This document shows, in pieces, positions 37,346-51,655 of a DNA stretch of 64,000 bases (the stretch's first letter is position 1; the number at the start of each line of letters is the position of its first letter). Location: contig JAQGDQ010000751.1 of NCBI GenBank assembly GCA_030141605.1, positions 37,931-101,930 on the forward strand, read 5' to 3'. Origin of the DNA: Tubiluchus corallicola. Lineage: Eukaryota; Animalia; Priapulida. The notes below the pieces were generated by a model that was not told the DNA's origin, made no database searches, and worked only from the letters and a program-made list of their open reading frames with translations. The translations under genes were made by a program, and so were the position numbers.

Positions 37346-37530
37346 ATGGGAAGTTGGTTTGTATGTGCAAGTTATCTTCTCGGTGTATTCTTCGTTCTTA
37401 GAATTCGTGCATTTAATTTAGAGCCGCGTATTCCCATGATTAAAGAAGGAAGTCCAAAAACTTACTTCGGTTATTCAGTCAGTGGACATCAGATATTGGA
37501 TCACCTCTCTGGAGATATCAGGGAACATTT
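37346..37530 (+). CDS. Integrin alpha subunit, PS1/ITGA3-6-7 (laminin-binding) type, first coding exon
   Basis: Signal peptide then mature start FNLEPRIPMIKEG...YFGYSVSGHQ (first beta-propeller repeat, like Drosophila alphaPS1); phase-2 donor TT|gtacgt; next exon (expected LVGAP) not found in window. Confidence 0.9.
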
Positions 37531-40500
37531 GTACGTATAAATTTTCGTTAAAAATTATGATAGGTTAATTAACTCGAATTATGATTTTTGCCAGCTACTT
37601 TTTGCCTAACTATAACTAGCTTTGTTACGCAAAATTCCAAAAAAACATGAGCAAATTCTTTTCAATTTCTAAACTATCTTAATCTTGAACTGATGCGGTG
37701 TTTTACTTGAAAGTTTCGTTTTTAATGCCTCGAAATTAACATGTGATTCACTGCATTTTAATGCTTTGAAATGACTTGCTGTCAGTGAGACAAATAGTTG
37801 GAGGCAGTTGGCAAAATGAAACTGCCTAGAAACATTTTTTCAGTGGTCACCCATTTATTTGGTGACATTGTTTAACTTCAACCCTAAGCATTGACATTCA
37901 CACACTCTGTGACCACTGATCTATTTACTGCATACATGTATTACTACCCTTAAATTATTCTTTATCATATTTGAGCTGTATGTTTAGGTGCAAATACAAC
38001 TGAATTTATTTTGCTTTTATATGTAAATGTTTGTGTTAATTGTAACTTCGCCTTAGTTAAACGAACGAACCACGAACAACCTTATGAAGTGGTACCGAGA
38101 GATGGATACTGTACCAGAACTAGAATTATAATAATGTACAATTATTTGTATTGTGTACATGTTATAATATGATATATGACAGGTTTAGCTGTTCAACGGT
38201 TTGTAGATTGAAAGGTGTGTTTGCTTTGTTAGTAGATAGTTGTAACTCCTTCAATGCCCCAATTTTTACAGTACACCTTATCTAAATTCCCTCCTGTAGA
38301 ACCCTAATGAAAAAACTAACTAGCAGGTTGGAATTGGAAAGTGTGTTGGGAATGCCACTAGAGAAAAGTGTAAAGTGACCAAGCCTATAAGCCCTGACTA
38401 CGCTGACCTTTGTTCTGTACATTTAACAGCCTAGCTGTATTCAGACTTTCAACAGGTTGAGGCTCTAAACTGGTCCAAAGCCCGCCAGTGGCAGTAAATT
38501 CCATCCAGTCATCAAAGAACAATAGTAAAGTAGGCAGTTGTATTCTGGTTTATCGTACAAAGACGATAAGGGCTGGGACAATAGGTTTTTGAAAGGCAAG
38601 CCCGCAGCATTTAACTATTATCTAGATGGATTCTACTTTTTTAAAATATTTTATTATTTACACCGTTTGCAATTTAGAACCTCGATGGCGTAGCCTACTT
38701 AATCAGTGTTGATGGATGTGACAGGGTCGGAATATAACAGTAAACTACTAATTATTAAGGCTAACCCCCAAAGAAGAGGCATTGAACTGACAGAGATGTC
38801 TCAGCCACGTATGGATGTGTAATATACCCTTCCGCGACGAATTAAATAGCCAAGACCGTAAAAGCTGCGGTATGGTAGCTGAAAGCACTCAGTGTAGTTT
38901 GCAACGTTACCCATCCATTTGTTAACCCACCCCAGTGGTGTTTTACCTGCTGAAGCTTACCACGACACCTCGTTTATTCCTCGCCCAATGCATTTCATTT
39001 AAATGAGCTATTTCTATTTCCCGCCTGTGCACCCAGCGACCGAATTTAGTATAATTGAAATGTTAAGATTACGAAGACTGATGAAAAAGGTTAACTAACA
39101 TATTGAAATAACTCAGAACTCTCAAAACTGTTCAACAATCTATTGCAAAGCGATACATATGAAGTTGTAAGTTTCTTTACTACGCGTGTAACTATTTTAA
39201 GATCTAGTATAGTCAGAACTAGAAAAGTTGTAGTTGTTGTTATATATATATCAACTTCTATTGAGATTACGATACTTTTCATTTTTAAGGCGTGTGCTGT
39301 CTAATCGCGATAATAGTGATGGTAATTATGATCACGGCTGCCTGTAAACGGCTCTCGTTAAAGATATCTCACAATGCTAAATAAAATGCGTTTTGGCAAA
39401 GCACAAAGGGTGTTATACACAGGTATTACTCTTGCGAAGTTGTGTAGCAGATCTGTCAACAATTATGAATACTTAAATAGTAGTTATTCTGGTTAGTCAA
39501 ATGTTCAGCCGTATTCGTCCAAAAATGATAGGCCTACATGTAGCAGCAGCGCCAAAGCGATTTGTGTGTACGGTCTGAAGTGAAGAGAGTTAGGCTAATA
39601 ACATGTACCATTAACTTCTGCAGTAGAGTAATGTGATTTTGAGCGGAGAAAAATGCACGTTTGATTTTCAATTTTTTGAAATGGGTTTCAGTGGTGACGT
39701 GATGGCTGGTTAAGGGCCTTTGGTTAAGACTACAAAAATACACGACTTTGTATTAAGCGCCTTGTGCCTGTAGTAATGGCGAAACAGTTGTTCACTCTAC
39801 TGTTGAGTCAGATAGCTGCATCATTAATATTGGTCTGCTGGGGCAGAAAATTCAGCGCAAATTATCATTGTGGTGTCTCACTCAGTAGTAATAGCTTATT
39901 ATTGCGAACATTGCCTGGCGCCTGTGGTGTGTTCATTTGAGAAAAATGCTTATAGCTTAAAATCAATGTACATTTCAGCTGTTCTCATGACATGTTGTTT
40001 CCATTAACTATGCTGGCTATGACAAATATGTATAAAAAATAATCTCAGAATTACCTCAGCAGTATTATACTGTTTCCAGCATTGCTTTGTATAAAAGATC
40101 GGCATTTCTACAACAACTTGTCGCAGTTTTGTCTAAATACAAGTCATGCTGTTGTTGCATTAAACAATAAATTACTTGTATACAGTATTGTCCACTTTTT
40201 GTACCGACTGCTATTGGCATTGTATTCATAATGAGACGACAACTTATCAAAGAGAAAAGTTATATACAGGTATAGCATAAACATAGCTGTTTACTAGTTG
40301 TTTTTACTTGTTTAAAAACCTGCCGTACATTGTCAGCCTTTTTCTGTAGTAAAAAAACATTGTACTTGCGCGTACACGTTTTATTAACAAGCCAGAATAA
40401 GACGAAATTAAATCTACCAACGTGATTAAATCAACCGTCAGTTTCGCCTGCCCAAACATGTTTCGGGTTTTTAAGGTCAAGTTTTTTTAAAGACCTTTTT

Positions 40501-42469
40501 CGTGATATTTTTGCATGAACATTAGACAAGGTGCAGAAGTTTGAATTAGTTGAAGAAGCACGCACTTACGGAAAGCCACGAAGCGCGTACGAAAAGTTAC
40601 GAAATCCATCAGTTAACACTATAATTTTAAGCGAATGGCGGCTAGCACAGCGCCTGAAAATTTGTATACAGCGATAGCATAAATTGACTGTATGCCTTAT
40701 AAAATAGAATGGAATTTTATTATTTGCACATTAAATCGTACACACAATATTTCCATAATTGTCCGTAGCATGTTAGTATTAATTAAAATATAAAATAGAA
40801 CAGAATGGCTTATAATTAAACAAAACTAAAAACTGAGGTACTAGAACAGATAAATCACAAAGTACTCTGTAAAATTAGATACGGGCTGAATGCAAAAGTT
40901 AGATAAAACTACTCAATTAAACAGGTTAAAGTTCTTTGCAAAATTAATCTTAATAAAAGTTAAACAAAATTAGGTACAAGTATTAAATCAGACAAATTCT
41001 AGAACATTTTGTAAAATAAGACATAAAGCAAAGATCAGTTTGTCAAATTTCAGTCAATAAACCTGTGTTTCAACGTAAAAAAATTAATTACTAAAAACGT
41101 CTGTGATACATATAATACAGGAAACACAACTTTAAAACTTAAAATGACTTAAAACTAGATTTAAAACAGATAAACGATCACTAGTATTAATGCTAAGAAT
41201 ATAAAAACTAATTTAAAAGCTTCTGGAGGAGAGTGAATTTTATCTGTCTTAAAGATGCTTTAAATTCCAAATTTTCATCTGCTTCCTTATAAAGAACAGC
41301 CCCATTGTATTGTAACGTAGATTTGTCGTAATCAGTCCTTGGTTAGGGTAAACATAGTTGGCCAGCAGATGACTGTCTTGTGTTATGCCCTGTACTTTTT
41401 ATTTCACATTTTCTTCTAATTTATTTATTTATTATCGACATATATTAAAATTATATAAAAGAAAGAATCAGCAGGTGCATGCGCACTTACGCTGATCCTA
41501 CAAGACATAAAATGATCCACAAAAAATAAAATCTCTGAAAACAATACCCTTAAATTCAATATCTCTTATTAAAAGTTCCTAATAAAATGAACCTAAATAT
41601 GAATTATATACTGTTATACATGTACAACACGTTTTATACAATAATACCGTTTGGAGAGAACCAGTTGACGTCAAACATACTGGTCTATCCCTCTGCCTCC
41701 GCTGTAACGTAAGCAGGCTTTGCGGCTTTCGGGACAACAGCTCACGCTGAACAACAACTGTCTCAACTGAAGTAAACTAAACTAAACAGCATGACAGTTA
41801 CAACTAATGTCTAATCAGCAGATATACTGATTGCACTTTTTCAGAAAAATAGCGTAAAATAGGTAATACTACATTGATGTATAATATAGGTTTGACCACA
41901 TTTGAATTAATCTTGGTTGTTAAGATCTCATTGAGGTTTATAAAAACTGGCCAAAAAAGAGAACATTTTGTTTTGTCCTTATTTAAAGTTAATCAAATAG
42001 TTGTTTTCATCTAACTTGCAATGCCATGAACTAAATTAAACTGCGTATTTCCTTGACTGCAAAATGGTTTAATCAGCAACTCTTGGACGTAAGCTTGTGC
42101 ATTTCTTCCTATAAAGGAAACTAGACTATATATTTCCACTAATTCACTTGCAATTTCAATTGACAATAATAAGATCTAGAACCAGGCCAATGTTTCTCCC
42201 ACTAACTAATGAAAAGCTGAGCATTTTTCACAACAGTGTTAGACGGAGCTGCAGCTAAATGTCCTGAACGTACCTGCGTTAATTAAGTTCTGCAGGTGTG
42301 TGAAATAACTTGCACGCTGATTGGGCAGTCAACGAAAATGATTGACATTACGTTAGATTTCATTTGCGCCAATGGCACTGTTACATCGGATAAAGTTGCA
42401 CTAAGGCAGTAAATTACTTAATCTTTTACTGAAAACTGACAAACTGGTAGCAAGAACTACATGAGAACC

Positions 42470-42937
42470 AGAGCATTCTAAATGTCTACAACTCTGTTAA
42501 CAAATGACAATTTTGATACGTTTAATCTCGAAAAAGACGTAAACAATTTAAAGTCGTGACCACGCAAGTGATTGGTTGAGGCATACTGGAAAAAAAATCA
42601 TCAAAACTTAAACCCATTATTTTATGACAAATTTTGTATACCATCTTAAAATCACAGGCAAGACGCCGTTATTCGAGTGGCTGCAATTTTAGTTCCGACA
42701 GTCTGTTTAAATAAAAAACTGACATCGTTGGTACAGTTTGGGAGAAAAGTATCTCTGGACCTTTTCAATGCTGTCAATATCTTGCATATGGTGAGGGGAC
42801 CACACTGACGAGCAGTACTCCAGTAAGGGACGCACGTAAGCTTCATAAGCAGTCAATAGTGCAGTTTTGTTTTTAGTGTAGAAACACCGAAAAATCATAT
42901 TTACCATACGGCGTGCTTTAAAAACTATGACAGGCAT
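42470..42937 (-). mobile_element. CR1-like LINE 3' fragment
   Basis: AYVRPLLEYCSSVWSPH...IEKVQRYF motif. Confidence 0.8.
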
Positions 42938-43973
42938 CTGTGACTGCTCTGTTTTTGTGCAGTTTTCTATGTTATATTTTCTAGCTATAAGTGATAGCAG
43001 TAAAATAAACCCAACGTGCTAAGTGTCTGGCCTTTTCCTTTAATACACGGGGACATGGGCCATACTAGCCAATGTTAAAGCTTTTGAAACTGCTACATAT
43101 GTTTTATGTGATTTTTTAATTTTTTTATGACAACTGTTTCCTGCTGATGCTAGTGTGCACTCGTTTTGCGTTCTGATAGTGATACATTGAATCTTGTAGC
43201 AGACAAGTGGCTGAGTGACAGTTGACCTTTCTATAATGCCAACACATATTTTAATTCCGTCTTTTTAGTCAAATACTCATCTAGTTGCTAGATTGTTTAC
43301 AAATGTGAATTGTGTACAAACATGTGCCATAAAATAATTGAAAACAATTATGAAATTAAAAAAAGCAAGTTCTCGAAAGTGTGGAAGTTTGTGTTACATA
43401 AGATTAAAGCTGAAAAACTACGTGTATAAGTTCGGGTGTTTAACATTTCTTTCACATTTGATGCTAGCAAACTCAACACCCATTATCATCCTGAGATCCT
43501 CAACTCTAACATTAATGTTGTCATTGCTGTTTGTCTTAGAATGCGTAGAAATCTGACAGGAAATCTTTACTAAAAATATTCTGTAAGCAAATTTTAACTG
43601 CTAATTCGTTTGCTCTGATAAATCTACTAAATGTCCTAGTCTGCAGTCCACAGCTTAACTATTAAGTTAATTTATGCGCCCGTGGCGTGTGCTTTGTGAT
43701 TTCAAAAGATAATGGTCTATCAGATCTATTGTCTGTGTGGTAATGCAGCATATGTCAGTCAGTCTCGTGCGGGTCCTTTGTGTGGCCGGTCCTCATTCAA
43801 ACTTGTACCATGAAAGCCTCACTTTATGATTTTCGCATCACACAAATAGACATTATACACAGTTGAGTTGTGATTTTATGTCCTTATGGTTAGTCACTCA
43901 GATTAAGATAAAATGTATTAATTTGAATACGTGTGAAACAAACTAAATTATTTTTGTAGGAGTTTGCGTCTAT

Positions 43974-43995
43974 TATATATATATATATATATATA
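43974..43995 (+). repeat. (TA)n microsatellite
   Basis: Direct reading. Confidence 0.9.
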
Positions 43996-46049
43996 CGATT
44001 AATATTTGTACTTGATTCATGTTATAACTACGTGGGTTTATCACGTTAGTAATTACAAAACTTTTCAGAACGTTTCTGTTGGCTTGGAAAACCTATCATG
44101 TTGCTTTTGTTTTGTCTTATTGTTTTATATGTACTTGTCATGAAAGTAGATATTTTGTTCATTATTCATTAGTTATCACGCTAGTAAGTAAATTTCGTTT
44201 GAAAATAATAATTTAGAAGACTTCGTTTGATCGTGGAACTGACTCGTGTGAGTCTGTGATTAATACTGAGAAAGCGCATTTGGCCATTGGCTACACCCAG
44301 GGGAAGGTCAAAAATCATATATTTTTTGTTGACTAGCCCTAGTAGCTATCTCTACTTCTCTGGAATTTCGACATATCTTTAAATAAGGGTGTGGCTATAG
44401 CGTTTAGTGTTTACAAGCTTGAGTGTTTACAAGCTTGACTTATCTTCAGAGTTCAACTCTCAGTTTGGTGGACAACAAAGGTAAGCTTTCTTGTTGGCTC
44501 GTCGCCTACCCCAGGCATACTGTACGTCGAAAACTGAATTTAATTTAGGGCCTAATTTGATATTTGTAACGGCAAAGCTTGTATAGTAAATATAAAGTTA
44601 ATGCCAGTTGCTGTCATGCTATGTACATTGACTTCCTGTCAGATTAGTTCTACTGCTACAGCGTTTGCCTCACGGAAATGAGTAAAAATTAACTTGCTGT
44701 TCGTTCGTCTGACATTTAAAAGACAAAAAGTGGCAGTTGATTAGATAATAAGAATGCGTGGACTCTAAATGATGTTGCTGGTGGCGCAGAAATTTTCTTC
44801 ATTTTTTATAACCTATTTTGACTTCCGACTTCACTCTAGACAAGAATCTTTCTACCTAGTTATTTTATTTAACACACATACTTCGATCTACCGGGGTGGA
44901 AATTTTGAAAGTTGCTTACGCTAACAAGTTTTTTTATTATTTAATTTAAATTAAATTTAATTTGATGCTATAAAAACGATCTAGCGATAAACAGTTTACT
45001 AACGTAAGCAAAAAGGGCCACGAAGCGCGCTGGAAAATTTTTGTTGGTGTACCTGTATATAATATTGCAGGCTTTCAGTTAAACCTGGTAATAAATCATT
45101 TACATCCGTGTCTCTGCATCCCAGTTATACTGTACGATTCCAGGGTTTCTCATGAGCAGTCTGTCCTCAGTTCAATGGCATGATGTATGTATTGTCTACG
45201 TTTGGATCAATACATAGCCAGCTGTGCAGATTTGACCAGTTTCGAAAACCGTAAAATTCTTTATAGCTGAATTTGTTGTCATTTGTACGTTACTTTAGTT
45301 GCTCTTTGCAGCACATGCAGTCACATTTCAACAGTCTTTTTAAGTTGTAAGCTTTTACTCCGGTTTTCTCATTTCCGAACTCTATGGTCTTATGATGACT
45401 TGAAACGTTTCATTTTGCGGACCACGTAGTACTGTATGTCAAGCATCTACAAAGTCAATTGGACACAATTCCAGACTTTCCATATGAGAACTAAACAGTT
45501 GTTTGTAAGAATTTATTTATGTTTTATTATTTAACAGGGAAAGTTAAAATTGTGCACTTGAAGTAAGTTTGCGATTTTTGGAAGTAGTATACGCATTTTG
45601 AAAGATAAGTCGTATTTTATTAATTGTGACAGATTGGACAAATTTTCCATGTTGTGTCTTATCTAGAAACAATTAGCATGAGAACACTTTTATGTTATTG
45701 TACACTTTTTAACTGAGATTTTAAGACTAAATTATATTTTCAAAATATAGCGCAAATGTACAGAATTGAATTTGAAAACAGTCCTGTTTGTTGATCACGC
45801 GTCGTATAAATTGCTACATTATAGTCATGATTATCTCTAATAAATCTGTGAACAGTGGTGATACTTCTGATCATGCACTGGCTATATAATTTATTTGTGT
45901 GGAAAGTTTATTTTTAATTTTGTGTTTTAATTTTCTAACTTAAATCAATTTTTAGTAAACGATAGTAATTTAAGGCTGATGTTTCATGGATATTGTAAAA
46001 ATGCCATTACTGTATTATGGCACTAAAAGAAAGTTTTTGCGAGTTTCTA

Positions 46050-46990
46050 CAGTAAACCTGCTAAACTCATGATTGTAATAATATTGTAATTTTTTTTCGC
46101 TATCATTACAAAGGACTTGCAGCTACAGAGTACAGAAACTAGCATATCGGAGTTTGTCACAGAATCACAGTTTATCCCTAACAGCTTTGTTTTAACATTG
46201 TTAATCTTCAGTTCTTGAGCATCACAAAACGACTTTAACACCTTCAGCTTTTCAATGCAGCATTCTCTGGAAGATACCAAAATACAGAATCATCCATTAG
46301 AAGTATCAAGTTATTTTTTTGCAATAACCCATCGTTGTTTAAAGTTGCTAACAATCTTATCAGGGGATTTATAGGAACTCATAGAAGTAACGCTGTAACA
46401 CAGGTAACTGTTTCCGATTGCAAAACAGCTATAGTGTTGGCATACATAGCCTGAATGGCTTTCGTCATTACTTTCCGCAAAGTCACTGGGTCTCCATACA
46501 TCCTCTCTTCTCTTAACCCTCTGCTTGCTGGTCATCAGGCTTCCATCATTGTTGCGAACATGCATTAATTAAACTATCCATCAACTTTGTCAACAGGTCG
46601 ATTATCGAACTTCCCCCGCAATTATCCTTTCTTATGTAAAACAACAAGTTTGCACTCTGTCCACGAGCTGGGGTATACAGATGACGGAATACCTCGTTAA
46701 TACATTGAGTGATTAATAGCATGAGATTCATTTAGATCTTTGCTTTTAAGGACTCGTCTCGTAAGTTTCCCAAAGGCCAAATTAGCTGCTCCATGCCTTT
46801 TTCGGAAGTGTATTTATTGAAAAGCCGACTTTCCAGGTATGGAAAGTATTCACCTGATTTAGCAGCATGTCAGAACTGTGTTGATGTTGCATCCATTGTT
46901 AATAAAGCAATTAACTCACCGGTTTATTTAAACTGCTTGCTCAATTTAGTAGAACTAACTAAGCCATTGTTTTGTTCATTCCATACAATG
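46050..46990 (-). mobile_element. Highly decayed LINE fragments
   Basis: LLLMD.. followed by KLKVLKSFC...LKINNVKTK (RT C-terminal block); upstream part only weakly interpretable. Confidence 0.45.
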
Positions 46991-49900
46991 CTTAGGTAAC
47001 GTAAAATTTTAGGAAAGATTTGTTTCAGCACGAATTAAATTCATTTTACACTTTTATATGAATCACTCAAAGTCACTTATTGCATTTTATATAAATCCTA
47101 CCTGTTATATAAAGCGTCTTTAGGTAAAGTGTGAAAGTCGCAGCGCAAATATTTATTTCACACTTTTCTCGAAATAACTAGGGAATTTCATAGAATGTCT
47201 AAATTTTAAACATTATCTGTAATGTATACACGGTGTCGATTATTTCAAAACAACTATATATATATATACATATAATATTCAATTTCATTGTTTTACTCTG
47301 GCTTTGTAAGGATGTGAGATTAGCTTGTAGTAGGGGTGGTAAAGATCTAAAGCATGGCCATAAAGTTAGTGGTTTATTTCACCTTCTCCAAAAGCGCCCT
47401 ATAGTACTCCCCCTTTCCGATTCTGTCATCGAACGGGTCTGAATCATCTGGATTCTGATTAATGTCAAAGATTTTTGTATTTGCAGTACGCTATATATGA
47501 TAAGCGTGCAAGTTAATTAGTAAAATAAATCAAATGAGCAATGTACAATTAATTTAATATTGTACAGTTTTGCTTGGTTGGTGCTTGTTTGAAGTTCCAT
47601 TAGGGTTATTAAAGGCGAGATGAATCATAATGCGTAATTTGCATCCTTTGCACTTTCACGCCATGGAATAAGTCTAAATTAAGATTGGTGCTTTATTATT
47701 GGTAGGTCATAATTTGGGGTAATGATCCATTCACTTCTACTGTACAGGTCACGAATCAGTAAAGATTTGTGACAAATTAATTTAGTTTTTAAATTAACCT
47801 TACCTAGTGACACAATAAGTTGCATGTTTGTTGCACGACTAGATGACACTTTAAAAGAAATATTGCATGGCATAAACTTCATTTTTGGTTTTTTAATTGG
47901 TGCTGTCGAAATAGTTTTTTAGTAATTAACTGTGTTGTTATTTTTTCCTAATACATTTGATATAATAAATCGGTAATGCTCTGTGATGAGAGGGATGACT
48001 CATTTTGTTTCTTCGTAGTCCTTTGGCTTCTATGTAACACTGAACTACACTTTGCTTAGCAGTTTTACTTTCAAATATCATCAAGCAGCAACATTATTAT
48101 TAGCAAGTTTGGCACAAAGGTTATGACATGCGGTGGTTACATCTTTTTTATTAGTATGTATATATATATATATATGTACAGTAGTGTCGAGCATTTTTAT
48201 TTTGCATTTAACTTCATGAATCTAATGGAATTTTATCGGTTACACGTGCTGACTTGTGAAGCTGTTTGCTTATTTATAAGTATCACGCTCTTTGTTCAAT
48301 TGATTCTCCAGAGAATCCTGTAAACCTTAGATTACGCTGTAGACATGAATTCACTTCATGGTCAATAAAGTGTTTATTTGTTATCAAGCGGTTCAGATCT
48401 TACTGCTGCGTCTAGTAGTGTCAATGCGTGTCTTGTTAAATGAAAAAGATCTTGGTAAAATCAAACCGCTTGTCTTCTGCTGTGCCGTGTATTATCGCGT
48501 CTAAAAGGCTATAAATAATTCGAATTTTTGTCTTTACTTTAACTTAGCGAGTGTATTAACAGCATTGTGTAATAAATATTGTACATCTATTAATGAAAGC
48601 TAGTCGCATTCTGTGAGTCATGCTTAGAATTATATTAAAATATTTTCAAACTAAGCGTAGCAAATGTATGCACCGGCTCATGCACATTTAACATATTAGG
48701 CGACATATAAGCGGTTAATGGTTGCGGTAAATAGCGACTATGCTCAGCGTACTATGGTGAATGGTTACAAAGTTCAAGGATCCTTTCAAGTTTTCAGCGT
48801 CTTTTCTTTTTTCCAAGTTCGTACGTGCTGGAGCGGAATTTTAATTTTTGGATTGTCACTCGACTCTATTCTCAATGAGAGTACGCACACATTTGTTGTT
48901 TCATCAACTTGAGCGAAAATTGCATTTGTGCTTGAGCTGAAGTTGTAACAGTTTGGCAGAATAATTGTGATAATATGGGCGAAAAACTTGGCATCACATA
49001 CTACTGCTTGTTATATTGATTCACAAAATATCGCAATAACAGAAAGATCGTTAGCACACAATTCCAGGGACTTAGTAAGAAAATGCAACGACATGCTTAT
49101 GTTGTTGGTCTTGATTTTTGCGCCCTTCTTATACTAACAGTGAGCTAAAAACTGAGTTTAAATTGACATCAGTATTTCAGCTGCAGCTCCTCCCTATCCA
49201 CTCTATTTTTCTTCCCTTTTCCTTTAAAACTTTCTCTGCCTTATTTACATTTGCCCTCTCAGCTGCTTTGGCCTCTCTCAATTTCTCACATTTGTCTTTT
49301 TTACATTTGATTTATTCTTCGTTATTTCTGTTTACCCTTATGTTTACACTTTTTCCTTATTTGACGTGATTGTGATCTACCAGGTACTTATTTCAAACCA
49401 GTTAGGTTTTCTTTGCATAGACGCCGTTCTGCATTTCCAGCGCTTTACTTGTCATGGCTTTTGACATTATCTCTACAAAATCAGAATAATTTTGGGATAA
49501 AGACATGTGCTTGTTATTGCAATGGAGTTGAGTAGAAAAGATCTACAGTGCGTAGAAGCAGCTTGGAGATTGCACACCTGTTGCGAACTTGCGGAGTTGC
49601 AGTCGTCGAACAGTCAGATTTTCTGTATTAATATATTCATATGTTTGCGAATCGGGAAAGTGCTAGTTTCTAGTGTTCTGGCAGCTAACATGTTTTACAA
49701 AATTAATGATTACAAAACGTTTGTCATTTTACTTTATACTATTTTATGATTTAAATATGGTTCCAAGTTAAAATAATAATTTGAAATTATATTTTTGTTA
49801 TTTTATTTAATTTTGTGATAGCCTAATAACCTTCACATTATCTATATTTTAACTAATTTACCACGTTTTTATTAAATTTTATGACGGCTCTATTGGTTGT

Positions 49901-51379
49901 ATCATAACACTGTTATATCGGTGCTATTTAAGTGTGATTTAAATAAATATGACTATCATAAGTAGGTACTTGCTAAATACAATAGTTCAGGCTTTTTTAT
50001 TTTGAAATAGTTGAAGCCATAACCATTTTATCATTCATCGAATAAATTACATAATCACAATATTATCTTGCTCATAAAAAGAGATTATTTCTCAATTCTG
50101 CGGTACTCGTAAAACCGTTGTGCTTGTGCAAATAACAGCTGCAGTTATGGGAGTTTTACCACTTGCTATGATTTGAAGAAAGTGTCATTTCGTGTAGCCC
50201 AATAATGTGGTAAACGTAGATAAGAAGTGAATCATTGTTAGTTGAATGAAGTACACGCTTATAGGTACAGGCAGTGCTAGGAACATTAAACTTGGCTTCA
50301 TTCCTGTTGTTTACCTTCCTGCTTTTATTGCACCGCCTCATTCGTCTGTTACTAAGCATGAATGTTGAAACCAATTTACGTGTCACGTACCCGAGAAAAT
50401 GTCATGGTTGTCAACCTTTGTAAGTGTTTGTACGGAAACTTTGCAGTGCGATAAAATTTTGATTTTGTTTAAAGTATAAACGTTTAAAACCTACAATGCT
50501 GAACTTTGGTTTAAAAATATAAAAATACCAGGCTGTACTACATTCGTTTTGCATTTTCTATACAATTGCAAGTGTTTGTCGTTTTTTCTCGTGTACGTAT
50601 TCACTGCACGAGAAAATTGACGAGAAGCCAAGCTGTAAATGCAACTCTAAAAACGTAAAAATCCCGGAGTGTATCCCTTTGTATCCCCACTTCAGAATGA
50701 TTTGTGTCATAAGACGAAACGTGTGAGCCTTACCATTTGAAACGTTTTCTAGCAAGTCAGTCAGACTTGCCAACGTTTATTTATATCAGATAAATAAATG
50801 TATGAAGTAGTGATGAACGGAAATAAATTTGAATTTTTGGTACCCATCTTTTGGCAACGTATTTATATTAAGCAGTCTTTCTATGTTGAAACACGTTTAT
50901 TTTTCTGTCTTTGTCGTGCCTTACCAATAGTTTATTAACATTTTTGCATGACACGTGGCTTCAATCAATTTGTCCCTGTTTATCTGAGCAAGCCCATTCC
51001 ATATGAAGGTTTGCCTGCATATCAGGTTAACAATTAGTCAAAACGTTTATTGATCATTACATTGATTGAGTCAGATGGCTGCCAGTAAAAATGCCGCTGT
51101 TTTTATATGTTTATTGTGGACTAAGGTTTGCGTTGCATTAGCCTTTGCAATGGACGATAACGTCTTTATTTTGCAAAATAATTTATTAGGGTTAAGCGAG
51201 TACACTCAAAGAAACCCCCGGCGTACGTTTCCACATTTGAAGTAATCGTCAATTAAAGATTTAAACTTTTCTAGGGTATGTGAGGCAATCAGCATCGCAG
51301 GTATATCGTCCCATTCGTTCACTTGTCTCACAGTAAATGAACATCATTATTGACATCGCCATAGTCATCATTTGACTTT

Positions 51380-51655
51380 TGCATTAGGCCTATTAAAGAT
51401 TGCATTTGCCTACGTGCTTATGTGTTACTAAGCAAACAACTGTTATCATTTTCATCTCCTTCATCGTCGTCGCCAGCATCATATTATAGCATCGTCAGTT
51501 CATCGTCGTCATTATCGACATTATCATTATAATCACCACATAATCACCATAGCTTCCACTGCAAAAAGGGCTTTTTTGTTTAATTTTGAGTTTTGCATTA
51601 TTAAAGATTCCGCATTTGCGCACGTGCTTATACGTTACTAAATAAACAACTGTAA
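51380..51655 (+). repeat. ~65 bp direct duplication flanking a (CAT/CGT)-rich low-complexity spacer
   Basis: TATTAAAGATT...GCATTTGC...ACGTGCTTAT...GTTACTAA...AAACAACTGT occurs at ~51390-51443 and ~51599-51653. Confidence 0.65.
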
